A stretch of DNA of 64,000 nucleotides from Felis catus. Its lineage: Eukaryota. Below, in pieces: positions 1 to 12,850 of the stretch. The first letter of the stretch is position 1, and the number at the start of each line of letters is the position of its first letter. The stretch covers positions 117,802,001-117,866,000 of the forward strand of contig NC_058373.1 of the NCBI RefSeq assembly GCF_018350175.1, written 5' to 3'. Both the position numbers and the translations under genes were made by a program. The notes under the pieces are model-generated. The model was not told the origin of the DNA and did no database searches. It saw only the letters and a program-made list of their open reading frames with translations.

Positions 1-899
1 CATGGCGAGTTCCGAGTGCCTCATATTTAAAGGTCATTGCCTCTGGCATCTTGTACAATATGACTCCACTCTCATTTTTTATTATGAAGGGATTTATGAC
101 CTGCAATATGGACTCAGGGTTGGAAGATAAAACACTGGTTGAAGGCTGCTGAGTTAGTCTCCAGGAGTGCCGCCTGGCCTCGATGTCCGGAAGTAAAATG
201 ACTTCTCCCTCTCTCTTCCCATTGGTCTCTCGGTGTCTTGAGAACCACTATGCTGTGCCCCAGGCTTCAGATGTGACAGCAGCCACCCCAGTGTGTTTGC
301 ATTTCCTGCAATGTGGCCCCGACACCCAGAAGCCTCTCTGCATAACTAGGGAGGAGCCAGGAGTCCCTAACAAACAAAGCTCGCATTCAGGGCTCAGGAA
401 GCAGAGGGGGCGTCCTGTGCAGAGGAGTCGAGGGCCGGGATCCAACTTAGATGCAGCTGATCCCCCACTAACATACTTGCATTCTCTGCCCAAGGACATT
501 ATCTGGAAAATAAACACATTTTAAAATAACTTTTCTCCCTGTTACTCTAAACAGTCTTTACGGTGATGATAACAATGGTTTGTGGTTGTGTTTAAAAAAG
601 AAGAAGGAATGCCTTTTAAAGACTCCATTATCTCTGGCCTGGAACACTGCAAAGCCTCCTAACTGATTTCTCTCCCCCCCACCGGCCCCGTGTCCAGTCT
701 CCTTTCCAGGCAGTAGCCAGAGGGATCTTGAAGAAACACATATTCGCTCCCCTGGTTAAAATGGCTTCCTTTTTCACTCCCATGAAATCATGTCCTGAGA
801 AGCCAGAGTGGTTTGACCCTGCCAGCCCCTCCTACTCCATTCTAGGCCCTTCCCCCCACCGGCACGGTCCTCTAAGCCACACAGGCCTTCTGTCGAAAT

Positions 900-1335
900 T
901 TTTTTCCCGTTTTTCTTTTTATTTCTTGACCTACAATATTACATCAGTTTCAGGTGAACAACATCATGATCTGACATTCTCTGGCAACCACCAATCTGTT
1001 CTCTGTATCTATAAGTCTGGTTCGGTTTTGTTTGTTCTGTTTTTTAGATTCCACATATAAGGGAAATCGTGTGGTATTTGTCTTTCTCTGATTTATTTCA
1101 CTTAGCATAATGTCCTCAAGGTCCATCCGTGTTGTCACAAGTGGTAAGATTTCATTCTTTTTCAGAGCGGAGTAGTATTCCATTGTGTATATATACCACA
1201 TCTTCTTTATCCATTCAGTTGGCCATCTCTATGTCTTCTTTGGCAAAATATCTGTTCAGGTCCTCTGACCATTTGGAATTGAATTGTTTGGGGGTTTTGT
1301 TGTTGTTGTTGTTATTGAGTTCTATGAGTTCTGCA
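900..1335 (-). mobile_element. L1 3' end fragment (carnivore/L1MA-type) inserted in an L2 relic
   Basis: Minus-strand translation [36 protein letters not shown] is the typical L1 ORF2 C-terminal/3' signature; T-rich tail near 900-925. Confidence 0.85.
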
Positions 1336-1339
1336 TCTT

Positions 1340-1730
1340 CTGTCTGTTCTTTCAAAACTACAAGCTCAGACCCATCTCGAGGCCTTCACACACACTGTTC
1401 CTCTACCCAGAAAGCTCCTCCCCACAGCCTCACTTCACTTGCTCCTTCCCATCCCTTAGGACTGAGGTTAAATCTCTTATCTCCCATAGGACACTACCTA
1501 GAATCTGTCCCTCCTCTCATATTGAATCTTCAGACTCTGTTCTTTTCATGGTCATTTATCCTGAAACGCAATTATTGCCTTTGTTTATGTGTTTTCTGTC
1601 TATATATCATACTAAAATATAAAGGTGAACAGATGGGACTGGTCTCTCTTGGCTTCTCTGTCTCCCCAGAACCTAGCACAGTGCCTGCTTAGAGAAGGCA
1701 CTCGATAAACTTTGGTGGAATGAATGAATT
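1340..1730 (+). mobile_element. L2 3' end relic
   Basis: L2-type terminus cctagcacagtgcctg...ggcactcgataaac...gaatgaatgaat. Confidence 0.65.
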
Positions 1731-3271
1731 TAAAAAATGGAACAAATACAGTCTATATACTACATATGTGCCTTATTCTACAAACCAAAGCCAATAAGAA
1801 CGTGTAAACTCATTTGGCTCATGGTCCTGGTTTTGGCTTCTAGCACAGTAAATGGCAGCCCACCTCTGCACATATCAGACATTCCATTTACGTAGGAGAT
1901 GTTAGTGATGATGATAATTCCACAGTGATGACCCATATACTGGCCCGAGGCTGCCTGAGAAGAACCCGAACCAGCTTGAAAGGGTGAGACTACCTATCAC
2001 TAGAGCATCAGGGCTTCTGGGCAATGGCTCTGTCCCTTCCACTGATTCTGTGAAATTAACGCTAACTGCACAATACAGATGTGACAGACCTTAACTTCAA
2101 AGACCTGAAAGTCCAAAATCTGGGGGAAAGAGGGGAATACACGAATAGGGAAAAAAAACAAACAAGAAAGGACTAGGCACCCTAAATGTCAGTGACAAGA
2201 AGAGATCCCTCTGGCTGTGGGGCGATCAAGAAAGGCTTCATGAGGTAGGTGGTATTGGGGCTGAGCCTAACTGATGGGTGGAATTTGTACACATAGAGTA
2301 GAAGAAAAAATTCACCACATAAAGGATACAGCATGACCACAGGCACAGAGGGAAGAAGACTGAAGAAGAGAGGAGCTCAGGAGTGAGGGGAAATAAGCCT
2401 GAAAACTAGGTTAGGAGCAGAGAGAGGAGCCCCAAGAAGATCAGACGCATCATTTTGGACTGACCTAGTAGGAAACAAGTGTTTCAGCTAAGTTTTTTAA
2501 ACAAGGGATTGGCACAAGCTGAGCTTTCTGTCGGCATGAAAGATCAGCTAGCAAAGTAGGACATGTTAGAGAGGGGAAGGACGGGGGATGGGGTGACTCC
2601 CAGGAATCTGTTCACTTGCACATCCGTTCAAGAGATTATTTATGGTGTACCTACTACGTGCTAGGCACCGTTTGCATGCTTCAGATGTATTAGTGAACAA
2701 GACGGACAAAGAATCCCACCCTTGAGTTTACATTCTATTGGAAGAAGACAGAAAATAAACAATACATAACAAATCAGCAAATTACAAAGTATGTTAGATA
2801 GCGATCAAAGCTATGGGAAGAAAAAAAGAAGAAGCAAAAGAAAGCAGAGTAAGGGAATCGGGGGCGCTGGGGGGCAGGGAGGACACAGGATGTGGTAGCA
2901 CACACAGTGATTGGGGTAAACTTCATAAAGAAGAGACAGGAGCACAAAGTGAAGAAGGGGAGGGTGAGGGCCCAGCTGAGGTCTGGGGAGAGGACTCTGC
3001 AGGCAGAGGAAATGGGCCGACCAAAAACCCCGAGGCAAGAGAGTGCCTGGTGTGTTCTAGAAGGAGCAAAAAGACACCAGTGTGCCTACAGCAGAGTGAG
3101 CAAGGAAAAGGCGAAGCAACCGAGTCGGAGAGGTAAGGGGCCTTGACTTTTTATTCTGGGACAACAGGAGCCTGTGCAAGTTTGCAGGCCCAGTAACAAC
3201 AGGATCCAACTTAGGTATTAAAGGGTTCCCCCTCAGCCACTAACAGGGGCACCACTTAGAAAGCAACTGCA

Positions 3272-3502
3272 GGGGCACCCAGGTGGCTCGGTCGGTTGAG
3301 CGTCCAACTTGGGTTCAGGTCATGATCTCACGGGTCATGAGTTCAAGCCCCGCATCGGACTCTGTGCTGACAGCTCAGAGCCTGGAGGCTGCTTCACATT
3401 CTGTGTCTCCCCCCCTCTCTCTCTCTCTCTCTCTCTGCCCCTCCCTGCTCACACTTTGTCACTCTCTCAAAAATAAATAAACATTAAAAACATATTTTTT
3501 TA
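3272..3502 (+). mobile_element. Can-SINE (feline SINEC)
   Basis: tRNA-like head ggggcacccaggtggctcggtcggtt, (CT)n tract, aataaa and A/T tail. Confidence 0.93.
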
Positions 3503-3989
3503 ATAGAAAATAATGGGAGCCCTTCAGACCAGAGATGACAGCAGCCGGAACCAGGGCAGTAGCAGAGGGACCTGTTAAGAAGAGTCTGTGCTCTGGATTT
3601 GGGTTGTGGGCACAGCTCACAGGATTCCCAATGAACTGACCGTTGGGTGTGACAGACGACTCCAAGGGGCATTAGATGCATGGAGGTTACAGCTATTAAG
3701 GATTTTTACTAGGGCTGTAACTCTCAGGAGGAGAGGAGGCAGCCAATAGAAGCCACGTTGTGACATGGAGAAGACCTGACCATTCATCTGAACATGGGAT
3801 GGCAGAGAAGGAGGCCAATTCACTGCTTCGTTCTACATCTTTATTGAGATTCGACTGCCGGGCACGTGCAAGTCCCCAAGGGGACAACGGTGAACACAAC
3901 AGCATGGTCCCTGACTCAGTGGAACGCCCTGACTTGCTGGTACTTAGGAAGCAAACCAAAACTTTAACTGTTATTGCTTTAATTCTAAC

Positions 3990-4195
3990 TTCAATGAATT
4001 AATATGCAAATACTAAACATTAAATTAGATATACAATTAATAAATATGTAATAAGATATATATGTGTCACATAAAATATAAAGTATAATAAAATATACAT
4101 TTAATATAAATGTAATTTGATTTTAATAATTGAATTATATTTAATTTTTAATACTATTGTTTAATATTTATATTAATTAATATTACTACAATATT
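3990..4195. repeat. AT-rich low-complexity tract
   Basis: Almost purely A/T sequence with many TAAT/ATTA units. Confidence 0.8.
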
Positions 4196-4795
4196 CTGTG
4201 CCAACCGTTGTATTCAAGACCAGAGATTCAAGGCAGATAAATGAGAAATGGTGAGAGTGTACCATTATAATCTTGAGTAGGAAGAGCCCCATAGTGCTGG
4301 GAACAGAGGGTGCTAAACAAACAGGGAGGGACAGGACCCACCAGCCCTGCCTGAAGGGTGACTCCTACACTGGCCTTGAAGGAGGAGAGGGTGCTGTGGA
4401 CTAGAGCTGAGTACAGGGTGTGAGCAAGCAGAGGGCAAGGGCTCACTCAAGACAAGCTGGTGTAGACAACCCCTGAGGTTTCAAGACTGAACTATGGACT
4501 GTTTGCTCCCCAGGGGCGAGGACTCCCTCTATCTGGTTCACCATTGTGTCCCCAGGACCCAGCACGGCGCCTGGCATACAGCAAGCAAAAAATATATTTT
4601 GAGTAGACACGAAGGGAGAGGAATAATGACTTCTTCTGGGGGATGGGGGACAGGTTAAATTAGAAAAGAATTTGCGAGTCTCCCAGCAGCAATGCCACGG
4701 GGCAGTTTGGGAGGAGGATCCCCAGCCAGTGCCAGAGTTCTGGAAGCATAATGGTGACGCTCTGGACACACTCCCCACAGCGGGCACGGAAATAC

Positions 4796-4923
4796 CTGTA
4801 TTTCCTGAATGCTTTCCTCCTCTCTGGCATCCACCTTCTTCTCAACACCCTCACCACGGAGCAAGGCTTCCAGTGTGGTGCTTTCTGAGGTGAAGCCATC
4901 CTTTTTCAGGGGCAGCTCCACTT
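4796..4923 (-). CDS. DPF3: DPF3 coding exon (probable exon 4, 128 nt)
   Basis: Translates to (E)VELPLKKDGFTSESTTLEALLRGEGVEKKVDAREEESIQEIQ. Acceptor ccttacttttcag|AA, donor CAG|gtattt; the frame continues from exon 3. Confidence 0.96.
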
Positions 4924-5436
4924 CTGAAAAGTAAGGACAGAGAAGCAGGGTCAGGTCATTAGAAGCAGGAGGGACAGGAGTGACAGCGGGTGGCCCTGAG
5001 GGCACACAGGAACCAGAAGCTCTGGGTAGGGCTAGAGACAGCCTGCGCTCTCTCCTCTGGGTGGAACAGGAACACCGGAGTTGGGTCCGGCTTTTTCATC
5101 TCCTGTTCACAGTCCCAGAGGCAGATTCCAACCCTGCCGATACCCTCACAGACAGCAGAGGCAGCACAGAAATGGTTCCAGATGGACAGTGACTATGGGC
5201 AAGGTGCATCTAGAGAGTGAGGGTAACAATGCCCAGTACCCCACAGGGCTGTTTTGTGGGACATAAATATGTTGCTTTACCTTGAAGTGCTTTGAAAACT
5301 CTACAGCAATACACCAACATTAGCCTCGGGTCTTACCGTTCTCTCCCTCTACCCCAAGTCTTGTCTGGCAACTCCATGACCTCCCCTCAGCCACCCTGCC
5401 TGCCCAGCTCCAGGTTGCTCCACGAGAAGCTACTCT

Positions 5437-5563
5437 GGGACGCCTGGGTGGCTCAGTCAGTTGAGCATCTGACTCTTGATTTCGGCTCAGGTCATGATCC
5501 CAGGGTCATGGGATTGAGCTCTGAGTCAGACTCCACACTGACTTAGTGTAGAACCTGCTTAAG

Positions 5564-5607
<44 letters not shown>

Positions 5608-5685
5608 CCCCCCCCCCCGCTTCTCTCCCCCACATGTGCTCTCTCTAAAATAAAATTTTAAAATATTTTTTTTAATTTTAAAAAA
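5437..5685 (+). mobile_element. Can-SINE (older subfamily)
   Basis: gggacgcctgggtggctcagtcagttgagcatctgactcttgatttcggctcagg head, (CT)n, A-rich tail; partial TSD agaagct. Confidence 0.9.
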
Positions 5686-6129
5686 GAAGCTGTTTCAACC
5701 TCAGAGAGGCTGTTCTCATCAAGGGATACAAAGACCACTAAAGCCAAGGGAAGAGAAGAGGGAGCACAGATACCTAACAGACCCCAGATCGATGGATGGG
5801 GGCTGCAGTGCCTGCACACCAGGGCACTTTTTCTGAAGATGTCACAGTTTGATTGGCTACCTGGGGCTTGAGGTCATAGGGCCCGCTGAGCAGTGGTGGC
5901 CAGAGTCAGCCCTACGTGTGGAAGAGACCAAGAGAAAGAAGCTGAATTCCTTTCTCAAGATGTCCCCCAAACTCTTAACCCAAAGGAAGATTTTTGGTTT
6001 TGTTTTTGTTAAATTAAAAACCGAAACCTCAGGTATAGGTGATCATATTTTGATTTGCTACAAAACATTCATCCAATCTCCTCTAATTCTGTACCTCATA
6101 CCCCCATGGCAATTAGAGGCTTGGCTCCT

Positions 6130-6605
6130 ATCCTGTTATCAGGTAAGATGAATACAGGAATATGAGGGATGGGTGCCCGAGAAAATAGTCAGGGGGAACA
6201 AATGGCCTAGGTGTAGGGGGAATTGAGAGTTTAGTGTAGGAACTATTGACAGAGGTGTGGGCAGGAGCAAGGGAACAACATGGAAGGGTGAAGCATCCCA
6301 GTGGGGAGTCATTACCACTGCTATTCATGGAGGGACAGAGGGAGAGCCTTTGCAAGAATCTCGACAGATCTGTGACTCGCAGCCTCAGTGAGCTCATGGG
6401 CGAAAGAACCAAGTCCAACCTCTCTCTTTCATCCTTGTCTTCCTCCTCTGCCCTCCCATTGGCCAACCTCAACTAGACGCCAGAAGGCAAGGGAGCCTCA
6501 GTGATGCGGCATACCAAGGTCAGTTTCCCAGGATAAAGGAGGCTAAAGGTCAGTGCCCCAGGATGAAGGGTGGATCGGGGGGAGAAAATGGAAATAACAG
6601 CACAA
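6130..6605. mobile_element. Old ERVL/MaLR-type solo LTR relic
   Basis: Motif ctcccattggccaacctcaactagacgccagaaggcaagggagcc resembles old MLT1/LTR33-class LTRs; the end ...aacagcaca resembles an LTR terminus. Confidence 0.5.
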
Positions 6606-7371
6606 TCAAGTCCTCCTCTGCTGGGCTTTATTCTGACTCAGATGGAACTCTACCCACCCCCTTCCATCTCCTCAAAACCAGATGTAGGCTGACCAGTCCA
6701 CGAGAAAGAGGCGCTAGGGTATCCCAGCAAAACTGAAGAAACCAACCCCCCGGGAGAAAATGGTGGGAAGGAGAAACAGCATCTAGAGTTCCTGGAGAGA
6801 TAAGATCTTTGGGATTTTTCTTACCAAAAAAGGCAAGCAAAGGGTCCACCTCCATCAAGAAGTACTACCACCAAATCAACCACCTCTGAAAGTCATCCAT
6901 ATCCCTATTCATTCAACAAATATTTACAAAGAACCACGGTGTTACCACTAGGCCCGCGGGAGGTTTACCAAATGCAGACGGCCCTGGCTTTTGGGTGGTT
7001 CACAATCTAAGGAGACACTAAACACGGCATGCAAAATAAATACGCAATTACAAATTGTCATAAGTGCAATAGGGGGAAACAACAGAGGGAAATGTGAAGG
7101 AAGAACACTGTGGGGGGGGGGGCGGGGTTTACTTTCGATCAGGGGGTCAGGGAAGGCCTACGTGAGGAAGTTATGTTAAAGTTGAACGTCAGAGAAACAG
7201 TCCACTGTCTGCTTTAATGAGTTCAGGGCGTGAAACTCCAGAGCCTACTCTTCCTCCCAAGTCAAAAAAAGGTTTCCAAACGTCTGATACAAAACAATGA
7301 AAGCATGTTGCCCCATGTCCTGTCCTCCCTGAAAAGAGAACAGCTGGTCACCATCCTTCGAATTTATCATA

Positions 7372-7374
<3 letters not shown>

Positions 7375-7417
<43 letters not shown>
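7375..7417. repeat. (TA)n microsatellite
   Basis: About 21 uninterrupted TA units. Confidence 0.97.
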
Positions 7418-7421
<4 letters not shown>

Positions 7422-8937
7422 AATTTCCTATTTTAGTATCCCCCTTAGCCTCCTCAGCACCAACCAAATCCTATTTCCAGAATTGCACAGCATTTTAGAG
7501 CTGAAAAAAAAGCCTTACAGATCATCTGCTTTAATCATCTCATTTTATAAACAAGTGACCTGAGGCTCAGAGAAGTTAAGTAACTTCACAGAAAGCCACA
7601 CAGCAGAATACGAATGCAGCCAAAGGATCCTTCCCAGAGGCCACAGAGATCATGAAGAGAGCCCCACTTTATGTATCCTATTTAGCATTCTGCAGGCCCA
7701 GGATGAGCCTCAGTGGGCGTTGATATGTTTGTGTACATGCAGAGTGCTTGGCGCATAGTAAACATTCAAACTGTGGCAACTGTTATTGCTAAGTATTGTT
7801 TAACCCCCACCCCCACCCAAGAGGCGAGCACAGTTACTATCCCATTTCACAGATGAGGACGCTGCAGCTTAGGGAGGTATAGAACCTGTTTAGTGTCACA
7901 CAGTTATTAAGGGGCAAAGCCCAGCCTGGACCCCAATCTGCCTCCAGAATCCACTCACATACTCTCTAGCTTGTACAGACGTCACCTTGTCTCTCTTTGG
8001 TTCTTCCTCGAAGAGCCCTTTTCCAAACCTTTGTGCATTTCCACTACATCTCTAAACTCTCTCCATAGTTTTCATATTTCGAAATAAAAGGCAGATCGTT
8101 GCTGAAGCTGAGGGCAGGTCTGGGTCATGATTCTGGGCTCTGCTCTATATGAACATTCCCATGTGGTATTCACCCCTTCTGCAACAATACTGACCCCACA
8201 CGGAACTTTCCATCCATTGTGAACTTCCTTCTCTTCCTTCTCTTTCTCCCTCTTCCTCCCCTGCTAAATACTCCTCCATCCTATTTTTCCATAATTCAGT
8301 CTACTCTCTTGGTCCTCTGGTCATTTACCAGATGGGCACGGTAAAAGAACCAAGAGCAAAAAGAGAACCAAATTGGGAACAGTGAAATGGGCTCCCTAAA
8401 TGCAAAGAGCCAGAAGGGACTTCCAATAGCCTTTAGCAGCCAATCCCTCGGGAGGAAAGCATAGCACAGAAATATGAAGAGCCCTTCCCAGGGTCACGGA
8501 GAAACCTAGTGGCATCATCCTTGCCTAATTACCAAATAGGCACACAGAAGTTCTGCATTCAGATGGCCCTGTCGTCAAGCTCCCGCCCTGCCTTGTATTA
8601 GCTGAGGGACCACAGGCTAATGACTCAGACCTCCGAGTCTCTGTTTCCTTACGTGTTAAATAAGGTACTTCATAGGGTACACACAGTACTTCATAGGGTT
8701 GGTGTGAAAATTAAACAAGGTAATACACTGCCTAAGGAAACTCTGAAAGAGCCACAAAAAACCCAGCGTGGAAACAGAGTGGAAAATGAGGCTTATCAAT
8801 TCTTGTTTTGATTTTGGTTTTTCTATTCAAAACTTATCATTCCAAATTCGATCGTATATGTAAAGAACGTGGGATGGTCCAAGGGCCCTGTAAATGCTCC
8901 AAGTAACTATCATCAAAGTTAGAATAATCCTGATTTT

Positions 8938-9255
8938 AATGTCCAACGGAAGCAAAATGCAAGCTACTTACAAAATTTTAGGCTTTCCGGCAGCCACATT
9001 TTAGAAAGCAAAAAGCAACAGGTGCAACTAATTTCAATAGATTTTCTCTAACCCACTACATCCAAAACATTATCATTTCAGTGTGTAACAAATATAAAAG
9101 AAAATAGTAATTCAATCTTCCGCACTCTTTGATTTGCGTTGAGTCTTCAAAGTCTGGTGTTAATTTTATACTTAACAGCACATCTCAATTCAGATTAGCC
9201 ATATTTCAAGGGTTTCGTAGCTACGTGTGGTTAGTGGCTACCATATTCGTGCAGG
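8938..9255 (+). mobile_element. MER33-like hAT-Charlie MITE
   Basis: tgtccaacggaa...gcagccacattt...ttagccatatttcaag...gtggctaccatatt matches the recalled MER33 layout (~320 bp). Confidence 0.75.
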
Positions 9256-9638
9256 TTGATAGTTTATAGTATTAAAAGGAACATGGGCTATGATTTTGTT
9301 TCCCAAAAACATGGAAGGACATTAAGTATGGCTCTTAATGCGGCCTTCTTCATACCCAGCTGAGCACCATTCCAGGCCAGCGTTCTAGCTGACCACTGGC
9401 AAACCCCGGTTTCAAAGCACTCTGGGTAAGGCTTGCAAGGTCAGAATGACAGGCCAACCAGTGCCCTCCCAACAAACTGGCAGAGGGTACATTCCCTGGC
9501 TCCTGACCACAGGAGGTCCCAGAGTGAAGGGTAAAACAAGGTAACAGGTCCAAGCTCTTGTACAACGTACATCCTAGACATGCTCCCTATTGAGCCCTCA
9601 GGGATTTCATTGATTGTTTTATTCTAATACACTCCATC

Positions 9639-9828
9639 TAGAGATAGGACTTAGTAATTCTTTATTAGCATACTCATTTTGACCCTCGCACAAATTTGGG
9701 GATCACATAACCTGATGAGAGCCATCACACATGTAGAGATAGGACTTAGTAATTCTTTATTAGCATACTCATTTTGACCCTCGCACAAATTTGGGGATCG
9801 CATAACCTGATGAGAGCCATCACACATG
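9639..9828. repeat. 95-bp tandem duplication (2 copies, 1 mismatch)
   Basis: 9639-9733 and 9734-9828 are identical except gatcAc vs gatcGc. Confidence 0.97.
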
Positions 9829-10144
9829 TAACATGTAAAGAAAACGGTCCAAAACCCACACATAATTCATCTTTAAATTAGCCTGATTTTATACACAAGG
9901 ATATAAACCCACGGATCGTTACTCTCTCCAGAGCGGCAGCAGCTGTCACCCAAGCCAGCCGCCTCCCTGGGCCCCCGTAAGCAGCGCTGCCTCCACTTCT
10001 AATTGGGAACAGAGATACTCCTTGGGTGACTTCCAGCACGATCCATCACACCAGAGACAGCTTCTGTGCAAACCGAAGCAAATCGGTTTCCAAATAAGAA
10101 AAAAACCTCTTAGACAAACAAGGATTGAAGCACAGGAAGTCTTT

Positions 10145-10330
<186 letters not shown>

Positions 10331-12169
10331 ATTGCCAGAGAAGTGGCTTCTATCCAGGGCTGTGGACAGGGCAGCCATCCTCTCGGGTGGAAATCAAAGC
10401 CACAGGCTTTTGACACAGGTGCCCCAAGCCTGCCACCCAACACACTGAGAGCAAAGCTTCCACTGGGTTGTTGGAGCCACCAAGCTCATTAACAGGATGC
10501 GGGCGAGATGAACCCGAAAGTGCAACATGGGAGCACAGTGAGTAATTAAATCCCAGGCCATTTAAAAATGCAAACGCCTGGATGTCACAGGCTCACAGAG
10601 TCTCTGACTCCTCATGCATTTTTTGGCTCAGGGTGGAGGACTGGGAACCTGCAAGTCATATATGGATTATAATAAAATATGCCATATAAAAAACAGATTA
10701 AGACAGTTCTTCTTTGGGGAAATACACAAAGAGAGGAGCTGTCTGTTAGCTGTCGAGTTTGCACGAGATACCATCTTCCGGGAGGCTGTGCTCTGCCAAC
10801 AGACAGACTGCCCCAAGGGAAATAGTGGTGAAACACCCCGACAAGGCACATCCATCCGTCCATCCATCACGGGCTCTCTCTGACGCAGGGGCCTGGAGAC
10901 AGAGTAATGGTGCGAAAGGGAGGGAGAAACCCCCACAGACAATGGCACACAATCCTCGGCTACATCAGGAGGGCTCAGATTTTTTGTTGTTGTTGTTACC
11001 TGCCTCTAGTTTTTCTTTAAAAATACAAATGTGCAGTTTTCTCTGAGTGCTTATTATTTTAAGGAGTTAAGCTCATCGTATTTCCTTGGATTTATACATC
11101 AACTTACACCGAGAAGCAAAGAGCTTAAGAATCATCATCTCATTTCATCCCCATCAGAACCTCTGACTCATGGGGAGAAAGAATGGGGGGTTGGATAGTG
11201 TTATCTCTCACCACACAGGAGAAGAGATTGGGGTGGGGGGCACACCGAAGCCCTGATTTCCCGGGAATCCATCTGCTCATTCCTCAGGGGCGCCATTTTC
11301 TTGGTTGCATTTGACTCCCCGTGTTGTGATTCATAAAGCTCAAAATGGGTGAGGTTCACGTTGAGGACCCATCACCCAGGCTGCACCCTGCAGGCCCTCA
11401 CTTCCACCTGTTTTAGAATCCCAGGATATCCATACAACAGGAGGGCTGCTGGCCCCCCCATATGGCCTCTGTCTCCCCTCTCTGGTGTGCCTACCCACTC
11501 ACCCCCAAGCCAACATGGCAAGGATGGGCCCTCGTACACACCACTCAGGGGTGAGTACCTCAGATGAGCATTTCCCCACCCCTGAGACACAGAAGAACGC
11601 CCACCAGTGGCTGGCAGACCAGGTCAGTGCCTGGTGGGGGCAGGGGGGAAGGATGGTGGCAGGCACAGGGGGCGCTGAGATAGTACAAGGGCATACAGAC
11701 AACCAGAGAGCGCAAGAGGCTGCTCAGGAGTGAAATCTCAGCTCTAGGACCCTAAACCACGCACTGCGCTTTGATCTCCTTGTCTGTAAAACTAGGGGAT
11801 CAAAGCCCACTTCCCGGTGTTGCTCTGGGGCCAAAGGAGGCAAGGGACGCAGGGCGTCTGCCCAAGGGGCATGATGCTAACCAATGTGAGTGCCTTCCTT
11901 TCACCTCCAGGGTGGCGGCACCTGCCGGCAAACCCCTCACTCTCTGACACTCTCAGACCATTGGAGGCGGTGTGGCAGCGTTTCCCCCAGCCTGGGCATG
12001 GGCCTAGGGAGAAAGAAGCAAAGAGGCCAAGTCCAGAGCAGTGCTGAGGACAGAGGAGGTTGAGATGAGACAGAGCTCAAAGGCGAGATGCCAGCCTTGC
12101 TTCAGTTCCAGGGCAGGCACTGTCCTGCAGATTTGGAAATCACAGCAGAACCACATGGAAAATGCCCTG

Positions 12170-12850
12170 CCCTATTCATTTGTTGGACAAATCATTCCTA
12201 AACACTTACTGTGTACCAGGTTCTATTCTAAGGACTGAGGACACAGCTGTGAACAAGAGAGGGAAAGTCCTGCCCTCATAGAAACTATATTCTAGTTGGG
12301 GGGTGGGGAGGGTGCAGAGAGCAATTACCCAAAATAAATGAGTGAGGCCTGTAGCACAACAGATGGTGACCAGTGCTTTGGAGAAAAACAGAGTAAAGGA
12401 GGGGACATTGGAGTACCCGAGGAAGTAGGAGGGTGATTACACCCTGAGATGTGGCTAGGAAAACACAAACCTGAGGAGGGGAAAGGGGGCACACCAATAT
12501 CTAAGAAAGCATGTTCCAGGCACATGAGCCATCAGTGCAATGGCCCTGAGGCTGGGGCCCATCTGCCTGGAGGACGGTGAGCCAGGAGGCAGAGTAGGAG
12601 ACCAGTTCAGAGTTACAGGGGCCTTGAAGGGCCATGCAGGCCACTGAGAGGAGGCTGGCTTCCACTCTGAGTGTGATCAGAAGCCATTGGAAGTTTTGAG
12701 CAAAGAGCGGTATGATGATGCCTGTATCTTAAGACGATCACTTTGAAAATAACTGAAGGAGGAAAGGCAGAGTGTGGACACCAGGTGGGAGTTACTGCAA
12801 TATGCGTGGGTCCTCGCCAATGATCCTGGTGCTCAGGAGAATGGCACAAA
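12170..12850 (-). mobile_element. L2 relic
   Basis: cattcctaaacacttactgtgtaccagg...gaagccattggaagttttgagcaa...ttaagacgatcact, typical antisense L2 blocks. Confidence 0.6.

Noticed and set aside
1129..1692. Longest ORF in the track (187 aa)
   Set aside because: Spans antisense L1 and L2 relics, has a non-ATG start and resembles no known protein.
6517..6570. ~30-bp imperfect direct repeat (aaggtcagt..cccaggat.aagg)
   Set aside because: Short diverged duplication inside an old LTR relic; no sign of function.
8666..8699. Direct repeat gtacttcatagggt x2
   Set aside because: Small slippage duplication within a MIR-like relic.
9639..9828. CRISPR-like or satellite array
   Set aside because: Only two abutting copies with no spacers, in mammalian intronic DNA; a simple tandem duplication.
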